The notes under the pieces were generated by a model. The model was not told the DNA's origin. It saw nothing but the letters and a program-made list of their open reading frames with translations, and ran no database searches. Of a stretch of 34,616 nt of DNA, positions 27,191-34,616 are shown piece after piece. Made by a program: the position numbers and the translations under genes. The stretch comes from Smithellaceae bacterium (lineage in GTDB: Bacteria; Desulfobacterota; Syntrophia; Syntrophales; Smithellaceae): the NCBI GenBank assembly GCA_046484315.1, contig JAWOJC010000168.1, positions 1-34,616 of the forward strand, read 5' to 3'. Within the stretch, counting starts at the first letter, position 1, and each line of letters starts with the position of its first letter.

Positions 27191-28177
27191 TTAATCTGAA
27201 TGCAGGCCGCCCGGCCACAGGTAATAGAAACCCGCCCCGGCGGACAATATATCCGGAAGATCAATGTTCAGAAGCGAGATACTTGCCGTATCGGAGGCTG
27301 CCTGAGCCGTCCGGTAAAAATTTTCTTCGGGCATGTCCTTGCGCCGGTAAACCACGATGCGCGCATCATCCGACAGGCCGGCGATCTTTTTCGTTTCTCT
27401 CACCGCATCCCGGATATAGCCGATTTTATCGATCAGTTTGAGTTGGAGCGCTTCGTCGGCGATAAAGACGCGTCCGGTGGCGACTTCTTTCAGAGCCTGA
27501 TCGTCGAGGTTGCGGTGGCGGGAAACGAGGTTGACAAAGCGGTTGCCGAACGCGTCAACGGTTTTCTGCATCAGAAATTTCTCGTCGCTGCTTGTCGGGC
27601 GATAAGGCGAACCCATATCCTTGTGGCTGCCGAACTTAGTGATTTCAACGTTGAAGCCCACTTTGTCCATCAGTTGGTTGACCTTGGGTCGAAGCAGAAT
27701 CACGCCCACCGAACCGGTGATCGTGGTGGGATGCGCCATGATCATATCCGCCGGCAGTGAAAGGTAGTAAGCGCCGGAGGCGGCCACATCCATCATAATC
27801 ACAGAGACTTTGTTGCCGGTTTTTGCCTTGTAGGCTGACAGTTCCTGATAAAGAATGTCGCTTGCGGTGATCGTGCCTCCTGAGGAGTTTACTTTTAAAA
27901 GCAATGCCTTGATCTGCGGGTCGGCCTGCGCCTTGTTGAGCAGGATGACGATCTGCTCCACCAGGCTGGGAGATGCGCCGAACAGGCCCCGTTTCGGCAT
28001 GTCGGAAATTAAGCCGTTGAGGGGAATCAACAGGATTTTATCTTTTCCTGTTCCTTCAAGCGTATATTCCTGAAGCGGTTTGGGGGCCGTATCAAAGAGA
28101 TTGAGCCGTGGCGCGGAGCAAGCGTTCAAGAGCAGGAGCGCGCAAACAACAGACACGAAGATCATGGACTTTTTCAT
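27191..28177 (-). CDS. sppA: Signal peptide peptidase SppA (S49), lipoprotein type
   Basis: 'NSSGG', 'AASGAYY', 'TGSVGV', 'HKD' motifs and lipobox LNAC. Confidence 0.9.
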   Translation of the reverse strand: MKKSMIFVSVVCALLLLNACSAPRLNLFDTAPKPLQEYTLEGTGKDKILLIPLNGLISDMPKRGLFGASPSLVEQIVILLNKAQADPQIKALLLKVNSSGGTITASDILYQELSAYKAKTGNKVSVIMMDVAASGAYYLSLPADMIMAHPTTITGSVGVILLRPKVNQLMDKVGFNVEITKFGSHKDMGSPYRPTSSDEKFLMQKTVDAFGNRFVNLVSRHRNLDDQALKEVATGRVFIADEALQLKLIDKIGYIRDAVRETKKIAGLSDDARIVVYRRKDMPEENFYRTAQAASDTASISLLNIDLPDILSAGAGFYYLWPGGLHSD

Positions 28178-28204
28178 AGCAGGCATCCTTTCTGGTCAGC
28201 GGTG

Positions 28205-29584
28205 TTATTTCAACAGTTTCAATATGAATTTTAAAAGCTTTCCTTTGTGCGGCTGTGCCATGTCCACAGGGTCGGTCAGGTTGTAACTTCGCAGTACGCT
28301 TTTTGACTGAGAAAATGTCTCGAAGCTGTATCGACCGTGGTACCGACCCATCCCGCTTGATCCGACGCCGCCGAACGGCAGCAGATGATTCACAATGTGC
28401 ATGATGGTGTTATTGACCGCGCCGCCGCCGAATGACGTTTCACGGATGATCTTGCGGCGCACCGCCTTGTCACTGACAAACATGTATAAAGAAAGCGGCT
28501 TGGGGCGTTCGTTGATGCGGCAGATGGCTTTATCCAGATTGCTGTAGGGAATCACGGGCAGTATCGGGCCGAAAATTTCATCGGCCATGACCGGATCATT
28601 CCAGCCAACAGGGTAGAGCAGTGTCGGTTCGATATAGCGGGCAGCCGCACTGGTCTTCCCGCCGTAAACGATTTTTTCCTTGTCGATAAGCGCGCTGAGG
28701 CGCTGGAAATGCCGATCATTAATGATCCTGCAATAACGGGGATGCGTCGAGGCGTCTTCGCCGTAGAATTTCAGGATCACCTTGATTAGCTCGTCAACAA
28801 ATGCCTCTTTGATCGATTCATGAACCAGGACATAATCGGGCGCGATGCAGGTTTGGCCCGCGTTAAGAAACTTTCCCCAGCTGATACGCGCAGCCGCCGT
28901 TTCCAGATTCGCGCTTTCATGCACAATTGCCGGGCTTTTACCGCCCAGTTCCAGTGTGACCGGCGTCAGGTTTTTTGCAGCGGCGGCCATGACCACTTTT
29001 CCCACCGGCACCGAGCCGGTAAAGAAAATATAGTCCGTCGGCAGGTCTAAAAGCGCCTGAGTTTCCGTCACTGCGCCGGATACGACATGAATATATTCTT
29101 TGGGAAAGGCTTGATTGATCATCTTTTCAATCACCGCCGCCGTATGGGAGGACACCTCCGAGGGTTTGAGAATGGCGGTGTTGCCCGCCGCGATCGCGCC
29201 TACCAGCGGCATCATGATCAGTTGAAAAGGATAATTCCAGGGCGCGATAATCAGCGTGACACCGTACGGTTCCTTGTAGATGTAGCTTTTCGCGGGCAGC
29301 ATGTATAAAGGCGTGGAGACTTTAACGCGCGCTGCCCAGTCGCGCACATTGGCGATGGCCATTTTGATTTCGTTATAGATGCCGGAGATTTCCGTGGCGT
29401 AGGCGTCTGTCTCTTCCTTGTGCAAATCGTCATAAACGGCGGCCAGAATTTCTTTCTCATGGGCTTTAATCAAATCCCTGAGCTTGGTGAGCATGGCCAT
29501 GCGAAAATCAATATCACGCGTCTTTCCCGAGAGGAAGAATGTTTTTTGCGCCTGGTATAAACTCAAAAAAGCGTTTTGTTCCAT
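28205..29584 (-). CDS. Aldehyde dehydrogenase (ALDH3/YwdH-like)
   Basis: 'PWNYP', 'FTGS', 'LELGGKSP', 'NAGQTCIAPDY', 'EIFGP'. GGAGG RBS before ATG 29584. Confidence 0.93.
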   Translation of the reverse strand: MEQNAFLSLYQAQKTFFLSGKTRDIDFRMAMLTKLRDLIKAHEKEILAAVYDDLHKEETDAYATEISGIYNEIKMAIANVRDWAARVKVSTPLYMLPAKSYIYKEPYGVTLIIAPWNYPFQLIMMPLVGAIAAGNTAILKPSEVSSHTAAVIEKMINQAFPKEYIHVVSGAVTETQALLDLPTDYIFFTGSVPVGKVVMAAAAKNLTPVTLELGGKSPAIVHESANLETAAARISWGKFLNAGQTCIAPDYVLVHESIKEAFVDELIKVILKFYGEDASTHPRYCRIINDRHFQRLSALIDKEKIVYGGKTSAAARYIEPTLLYPVGWNDPVMADEIFGPILPVIPYSNLDKAICRINERPKPLSLYMFVSDKAVRRKIIRETSFGGGAVNNTIMHIVNHLLPFGGVGSSGMGRYHGRYSFETFSQSKSVLRSYNLTDPVDMAQPHKGKLLKFILKLLK

Positions 29585-29627
29585 GATGCGGCCTCCGGGA
29601 ATAAAGAAAGCGTTTACAACAAGCGTT

Positions 29628-29656
29628 AGTATATGCGCAGGCGGGCAGGGTGTCAA
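29628..29656 (-). promoter_or_regulatory. Sigma70 promoter of the aldehyde dehydrogenase-sppA-ABC-nuclease operon
   Basis: Minus strand TTGACA-N17-TATACT. Confidence 0.8.
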
Positions 29657-29781
29657 GTTGATCGCCGGCAAACAATACGATCAGGGAAGAATGATGGCAA
29701 TGCCGACGGAAGTGGACAAAAAAACAATTATCATGTAAGGCTACCCGACCATCATCACACTTCAAAAAAGGAACTCAAAGA

Positions 29782-30579
29782 ATGGATATTCTGCACGCGA
29801 TTGTTTTAGGACTGGTTCAGGGACTGGGGGAGTTTCTTCCGATATCAAGTTCCGCACATTTGATTTTGGTGCCGTGGCTGATGAAGTGGGTGGACCACGG
29901 CCTGATATTTGATATTGCCCTGCATGTGGGCACCTTGATTGCCGTAATTATTTATTTCTGGAAAGACTGGCTGATTCTGCTGTCCAAGGGATTTACAAAG
30001 CCGAAAGAAAGGGAAGGGAACCTCTTCTGGTATCTGGTGCTGGCAACCATTCCCGGCGCGCTGATCGGATTTATGCTTGAGGACATCGTCGAGACGGTTT
30101 TCCGCAATCCCGTTTTAATCGGTTTCATGCTGATCATTATGGGGACGATTCTCTATGTTGTGGATCGCAAGGGTAAAAAGCTAATTGATGTCCAGCATAT
30201 TTCATTAAAGACCAGTTTTCTCATCGGCCTTTCACAGGCCCTGGCAATTATTCCGGGCGTTTCACGATCCGGCGTGACGATGACCATGGCGCTGGCTTTG
30301 GGGATGACCCGCGAAGGCGCGGCGCGTTTTTCCTTTTTACTTTCCGCGCCGATTATTCTGGGTGCGGCGATAGTCAAGGTACCGGTTTTGATGGCCCATC
30401 CGGAGATGATCGACGCGGGCTTTCTCACCGGTGTGGCGGTGGCCTGTGTTTCGGGTCTTGCCGCCATCGGCTTTCTGTTGCGTTATGTCCAGACAAGAAC
30501 ATTTCTGCCCTTCGTAATTTACCGTTTCGGACTGGGCCTACTGGTTCTGGGTGTTGCGTTTTACCGCTGGGCTGTATAG
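29782..30579 (+). CDS. uppP: Undecaprenyl-diphosphate phosphatase
   Basis: 'QGLGEFLPISSSAHL', 'HVGT', 'PGVSRSG', 'AARFSFLL'. Confidence 0.96.
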   Translation: MDILHAIVLGLVQGLGEFLPISSSAHLILVPWLMKWVDHGLIFDIALHVGTLIAVIIYFWKDWLILLSKGFTKPKEREGNLFWYLVLATIPGALIGFMLEDIVETVFRNPVLIGFMLIIMGTILYVVDRKGKKLIDVQHISLKTSFLIGLSQALAIIPGVSRSGVTMTMALALGMTREGAARFSFLLSAPIILGAAIVKVPVLMAHPEMIDAGFLTGVAVACVSGLAAIGFLLRYVQTRTFLPFVIYRFGLGLLVLGVAFYRWAV

Positions 30580-30587
30580 CTGCAGGT

Positions 30588-31790
30588 TTAGAGTTTGTTT
30601 TCAATATCCTTTTCATCCGGGGCCTGATCGTCGAGGATCGGCGCTTCCAGAAGATGGCCGGGCAGGAAGAACTTATTGGCAATCAGCGTCGGGATCACGG
30701 CACTGGCAATGACCGCGCCGACAATCAGAGAATACTGATCCTGTGTAATGATATTGTTGGACAGACCGTATAGGGCTGAAATCGTTCCAAAGGTCAGGCC
30801 GGTGCTCATCAGCAGAGTGTAATACCATTTTTCATTTTTGTCTTCACGGAACCGGTGAATGGCTGGGTACAGGCCGAATATTTTTGAGACAACCTTTCCA
30901 CCGAACAACAAAATAAAAACACCAAAACCAGACAATAGCGCGGGGATGGAGACAAGCGCGCCGGCCCGGAGAAAATATAATGGGGTCAGGAAACCTACGG
31001 TCAACGTTCTGAGGCGTCTTACAAAGTGTCCGTCTTTTTCCATGGTGCGCGCCAGCACCATCCCCAGAACGTAGGCGGGCAGAACCGGCTCGCTTCCAGA
31101 CCAGGCGGCCAAAACGCCCGTGGCCAGAAGCACAAAGAGAACCCACTTGGCACGGATGGCTGCTGTTTTATAGGCAAATCGTTTGATGATGTATTCCGTC
31201 ATCGGGCGCAGGGTGAAGATCAAAAAGATCGTCACTGCAATAAATATCACCGTTTTATACGTGAAAGGGGCGAAGATCAGACCCAGCGCGATGACGGTTC
31301 CAAGATCGTTGACGAAACAGGCGCCCAGGATTCCTTTGCCGAATTCGGTTTTATTAAAGCCGTATTCGAGCATGACCGCATACACCACAGCCATGGAGGT
31401 GGTGGATAGGGCTATGCCGCATAAGAGACTGGCCTGAAGATTCCAACCGATGAGGTAATACGCAATCAGAAAGCAGCCGATAAACGGCGCAAAAAAGCCG
31501 ATCATGCCGATGATCGAGACTTCCTTGATTTTGGTCTTCATGGCGTCCGGATTGAGTTCCGCGCCGGCAAGGAAGGTCAGCAATATGGCGCCTACCCCCG
31601 TGCAGAATTTCATCCAGTCGGCATGGAGCAATAATGCGTCGAAACAGCCGAGCTTAAAAGCGACAAAGCCTGCGACGGCGCCCACCATGATTTCCATGAG
31701 CGCGATTGAAATTTTAAGACGGTTGGCTAAAACGGTGGACAAAACGGCGGCAAAAAACCAGAAAGCCGCGACGAGATAAATCTTTTCCAT
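30588..31790 (-). CDS. Cation:proton antiporter (CPA2/KefB-like), under fluoride riboswitch control
   Basis: About 13 TM helices with 'FLAGAE', 'LSTTSMAVV', 'CFVNDLG', 'TPLYFLRAG' and 'MSTGLTFG'. AAGGAG RBS. Confidence 0.88.
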   Translation of the reverse strand: MEKIYLVAAFWFFAAVLSTVLANRLKISIALMEIMVGAVAGFVAFKLGCFDALLLHADWMKFCTGVGAILLTFLAGAELNPDAMKTKIKEVSIIGMIGFFAPFIGCFLIAYYLIGWNLQASLLCGIALSTTSMAVVYAVMLEYGFNKTEFGKGILGACFVNDLGTVIALGLIFAPFTYKTVIFIAVTIFLIFTLRPMTEYIIKRFAYKTAAIRAKWVLFVLLATGVLAAWSGSEPVLPAYVLGMVLARTMEKDGHFVRRLRTLTVGFLTPLYFLRAGALVSIPALLSGFGVFILLFGGKVVSKIFGLYPAIHRFREDKNEKWYYTLLMSTGLTFGTISALYGLSNNIITQDQYSLIVGAVIASAVIPTLIANKFFLPGHLLEAPILDDQAPDEKDIENKL

Positions 31791-31816
31791 ATTAATGACT
31801 CCTTATCCGAATGAAG

Positions 31817-31863
31817 GTAGGAGTCATCAGCGGCAAAGGCAGTTAAAGGCGAACTCCATCGCC
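31817..31863 (-). ncRNA. Fluoride riboswitch (crcB motif)
   Basis: Minus strand GGCGATGGAGTTCGCC-TTTAACTGC-CTTTGCC-GCTGATGACTCCTAC. Shows P1 GGCGA/TCGCC, pseudoknot GGAGT/ACTCC and the conserved AAC.GC...GCTGATGAC.CCTAC elements. Confidence 0.93.
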
Positions 31864-31999
31864 TGCGCGAACAAAGGTTAAGCACTTAGACGGCGCGATT
31901 CATTAATCAAAATGCATCTCTTTTGTCAATAGTATTTGACAGTTCGGCAGATGTTTCCTGTTATCCGCCGCAAACATTCTCAGAAAGATAATTAATGAC

Positions 32000-32209
32000 A
32001 TGTCCAGACAGGAAACCATCAACAACGTTCACGGCTTATTCGATGAGGGTTACGCCTGTTCGCAATCTGTCTTGCTGCCGTTTAGTCAACGCTTCGGCCT
32101 GGATGAGCATACGTCAAAACGGATATCTTCCACCTTCGGCGGCGGGATGGGCAGGCTGCGCGAAAAATGCGGCCATCGAGAACATTTGGGGAACGCCCAG
32201 ATAACTTGA
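32000..32209 (+). pseudogene. Truncated C-GCAxxG-C-C family redox protein
   Basis: 'GYACSQSVL...FGGGMGR..EKCG' followed by unrelated sequence and a stop. The rest of the CGAxxG motif and the last two Cys regions are missing. Confidence 0.75.
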
Positions 32210-32240
32210 CGGTTACAAGCCGTTCCCCGCGGAATTCTGG

Positions 32241-33239
32241 TTATTTCATCGCCTGTTCCACAGCCACCGCGACAGCGACGGACGCGCCCACCATGGGGTT
32301 GTTGCCCATGCCGATGAGGCCCATCATTTCGACGTGCGCCGGAACGGAAGACGACCCGGCAAACTGCGCATCGGAATGCATGCGCCCCATCGTGTCCGTC
32401 ATGCCGTAGGAGGCGGGCCCTGCCGCCATATTATCCGGATGCAGCGTTCTGCCCGTTCCACCGCCGGAGGCGACCGAGAAGAATTTCTTCCCCGCCAGCA
32501 GACGTTCTTTTTTATACACGCCCATCACCGGATGCTGGAAGCGCGTCGGGTTGGTGGAGTTGCCGGTGATGGCAACATCCACGCCTTCCAGGTGCATGAT
32601 GGCCACGCCCTCGCGTACGTCATCCGCGCCATAGCAGCGTACAGCCGCGCGGTCGCCTGTCGAATAGGCTTTTTCTAAGGCGACGGAGACCTTGCCCGTT
32701 TTATAATCGAACGCCGTGGCGACATGGGTGAAGCCGTTGATGCGGGCGATGATATGGGCCGCGTCTTTTCCTAATCCATTCAGGATGACGCGCAGCGGTT
32801 TCTTTCTGGCCTTGTTGGCGGATTTGGCAAGCCCAATCGCGCCTTCGGCCGCCGCAAAAGATTCGTGACCCGCGCAGAAAGCGAAGCAGGCGGTTTCTTC
32901 GCGAAGCAGCATGGAGGCGAGATTCCCGTGGCCGATGCCCACCTGCCGGTCGTCCGCGACCGATCCGGGAATGCAAAAAGATTGAAGTCCCAAGCCCAGT
33001 GTTTCGGCGATATCGGCAGCTTTTTTTTGTTCTTTCTTGATCGCAGCGGCCGCGCCCACCAGATAGGCCCATCCGGCGTTTTCAAACGAAATCGGCTGGA
33101 TGTCTTTTACGATTTTTCGAACGTCAACGCCTTTGTCCTGACATACTTTTTCTGCGTCTTGAAGCGACGCAATGCCATATTGGGCCAGAAACGCATTGAC
33201 CTGCTGTATTCTTCTTTCATATCCTTCAAAGAGAGCCAT
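32241..33239 (-). CDS. GGGtGRT protein
   Basis: 'MALFEGYERRI', 'FCIPGSVADDRQVGIGHGNL', 'GHESFAAAEGAI', signature 'SGGGTGRTLHPDN'. GGAG RBS before ATG 33239. Confidence 0.92.
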   Translation of the reverse strand: MALFEGYERRIQQVNAFLAQYGIASLQDAEKVCQDKGVDVRKIVKDIQPISFENAGWAYLVGAAAAIKKEQKKAADIAETLGLGLQSFCIPGSVADDRQVGIGHGNLASMLLREETACFAFCAGHESFAAAEGAIGLAKSANKARKKPLRVILNGLGKDAAHIIARINGFTHVATAFDYKTGKVSVALEKAYSTGDRAAVRCYGADDVREGVAIMHLEGVDVAITGNSTNPTRFQHPVMGVYKKERLLAGKKFFSVASGGGTGRTLHPDNMAAGPASYGMTDTMGRMHSDAQFAGSSSVPAHVEMMGLIGMGNNPMVGASVAVAVAVEQAMK

Positions 33240-33250
33240 ACTCAAACTCC

Positions 33251-33943
33251 TTATTCTTTACGGGGGTTAATGGTTTTGACGGCTTCGGCAAAGCGGCCGT
33301 AAGTTCCTGTTGCCTTGGCCAGCGCTTCATTGGCGTCCATACCTTTGGAGATATGATCCATCATGACGCCGAGATTGACAAATTTGTAGCCGATAATTTC
33401 GTCGTCGGCGTCGAGGCCGATTTCACGAACGAATCCTTCAGCCATTTCCAGATAGCGCGGCCCTTTGACCTTCGTGCCGTACATGGTGGCAATCACGCTG
33501 CGCAATCCCTTGCCCAGATCTTCCAGACCCGCGCCGATGGGCAGCCCTCCTTCGGAAAATGCGGTCTGTGTCCGGCCGTAGGCAATCTGGAGGAAGATTT
33601 CCCGCATCGCCACGTTGATGGCATCGCAGACCAGATCGGAATTCAGCGCTTCCAGAATCGTTTTGTTGGGCAGAATTTCGGCGGCCATCGCAGCGGAATG
33701 CGTCATGCCGGTGCATCCCAGTGTTTCGACCAGCGCTTCTTCAATGATGCCGTTTTTCACATTGAGCGTCAGTTTGCAGGCGCCCTGCTGCGGGGCGCAC
33801 CAGCCCACGCCGTGGGTCAGGCCGCTGATGTCTTTAATCTCTTTGACCTGTGACCAGCCGCCTTCCTGCGGGATGGGCGCGGGGCCGTTTTTAGCGCCCT
33901 TGGCGACGACGCACATCTGTTGAACTTCATGTGTGTGTTCCAT
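33251..33943 (-). CDS. NifU/IscU-like Fe-S scaffold-domain protein partnered with GGGtGRT
   Basis: 'HGVGWCAPQQGACKLTLNVK.GII.EALVET.GC.GMTHS' and 'LVCDAIN'. AAGGAG RBS. Confidence 0.85.
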   Translation of the reverse strand: MEHTHEVQQMCVVAKGAKNGPAPIPQEGGWSQVKEIKDISGLTHGVGWCAPQQGACKLTLNVKNGIIEEALVETLGCTGMTHSAAMAAEILPNKTILEALNSDLVCDAINVAMREIFLQIAYGRTQTAFSEGGLPIGAGLEDLGKGLRSVIATMYGTKVKGPRYLEMAEGFVREIGLDADDEIIGYKFVNLGVMMDHISKGMDANEALAKATGTYGRFAEAVKTINPRKE

Positions 33944-33999
33944 AAACTCTTATCTCCTTTACATCGTATTATTACCTTTCGTTTGAGAAAGGAATTTTT

Positions 34000-34616
34000 T
34001 CAGGTAGCTATTGTTTCGATCCGGCTTTCTATTTGTTGAATCGATTGCCTGATTGAGTCCGTTTGTCCCTGTGTCCGCGAAAGCAGCGCCTCGACGGTCG
34101 TCAGCTCTTCGGAAATGTAAGATACCGCCTGACGGCGCATCGTGTCAATGGACGTGTTGATGCTTTTCTCCCATTGATAGGCCAGACGCGACAGATTGAT
34201 ATGGGTTTCTTTGGGAATGCCTTTAAGAAAATGCCGCTCAAAGATCTTTCTGAACAAAAACATCGGAATCAGAAACCAGATGAGATCCAGATGAATGTCG
34301 AAGGTTTTGGTGAAGGAAACATCGGGGTGATCCGGTTCGGCCACCTCGATTTTCCATTCGACCGGCGCAAGCTTCGCGCCCAGGACGTTTTCAATGTTAT
34401 CGCCCAGGAATTTTCGAAACGCCTCAAGCGACCGGGAAAACCCCGCGTGGGCCTTGTGCAGCGTACCCAGAAAATGGCGCTGCTGGGCTTTTGAAATGCG
34501 GCGTATTTCCTCCGAAAATGTCTCGGAGACCCAGGCTTCATAGCGACGGGAAAGCTTCCAGAGATTGCCTCGCCAGGCAGGCAGGTCGGCAGTCAGCTTT
34601 TCACGAACGGCGCGGG
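34000..34616 (-). CDS. C-terminal part of a probable dynamin-family protein (5' end outside the window)
   Basis: The frame of the 34000..34344 ORF stays open to the window edge (RAVREKLTADLPAWRGNLWKLSRRYEAW...PDVSF..FDIHLDLIWFLIPM). Helical with one hydrophobic paddle-like segment. Family call is from recall, GTPase domain not visible. Confidence 0.55.
   Translation of the reverse strand, partial: RAVREKLTADLPAWRGNLWKLSRRYEAWVSETFSEEIRRISKAQQRHFLGTLHKAHAGFSRSLEAFRKFLGDNIENVLGAKLAPVEWKIEVAEPDHPDVSFTKTFDIHLDLIWFLIPMFLFRKIFERHFLKGIPKETHINLSRLAYQWEKSINTSIDTMRRQAVSYISEELTTVEALLSRTQGQTDSIRQSIQQIESRIETIAT

Noticed and set aside
26580-27760. Overlapping + strand ORFs across the ABC ATPase and sppA genes
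   Set aside because: Antisense to conserved genes, with no independent coding signal.
32186-32235. GTTCCCCGCG resembling a type I-E CRISPR repeat
   Set aside because: Single partial copy, no spacers and no cas genes. Better explained as one arm of a hairpin.
32207-32260. TGA ending the C-GCAxxG-C-C ORF as a selenocysteine codon
   Set aside because: Similarity is lost about 11 codons before the TGA, it is not at a conserved Cys position, and readthrough runs antisense into the GGGtGRT gene.

Overview
The window looks like chromosomal DNA from an anaerobic deltaproteobacterium (Desulfobacterota, possibly Syntrophales/Smithella-like; this is inference from gene content). Bases 1-14.2 kb are a + strand flagellar cluster: a hypothetical gene, a DUF2802/SwrB-like gene, a fliK paralog, flhX, flgFGAHIJ, flgM, flgN, flgK, flgL, a short csrA missed by the ORF track, a DVU0524-like small gene, a REC-GAF-HD-GYP protein and a lytic transglycosylase, with recognisable sigma54 and sigma28 promoters. 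Bases 14.3-34.6 kb are mostly minus-strand metabolic and transport genes: a 1401-aa acyl-CoA dehydratase activase fusion, a CPA1 antiporter, a Na/Pi cotransporter, a BASS transporter, an aminotransferase, a secreted S1/P1-type nuclease, an ABC-2 exporter, sppA, an aldehyde dehydrogenase, uppP, a CPA2 antiporter, a truncated C-GCAxxG-C-C gene, the GGGtGRT/NifU-like pair and a partial dynamin-like gene. The most notable observations are: (1) a fluoride riboswitch with an anti-Shine-Dalgarno platform in front of a CPA2 antiporter (candidate non-Fluc/non-CLC-F fluoride resistance); (2) a 60-aa beta domain with a Ca-binding-like loop shared by FlgK and FlgL; (3) a CsrA lacking the FliW-binding tail, with no fliW in the cluster; (4) a muramidase-less FlgJ with a separate transglycosylase probably under sigma54. 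No tRNA, rRNA, CRISPR array or mobile element was seen.
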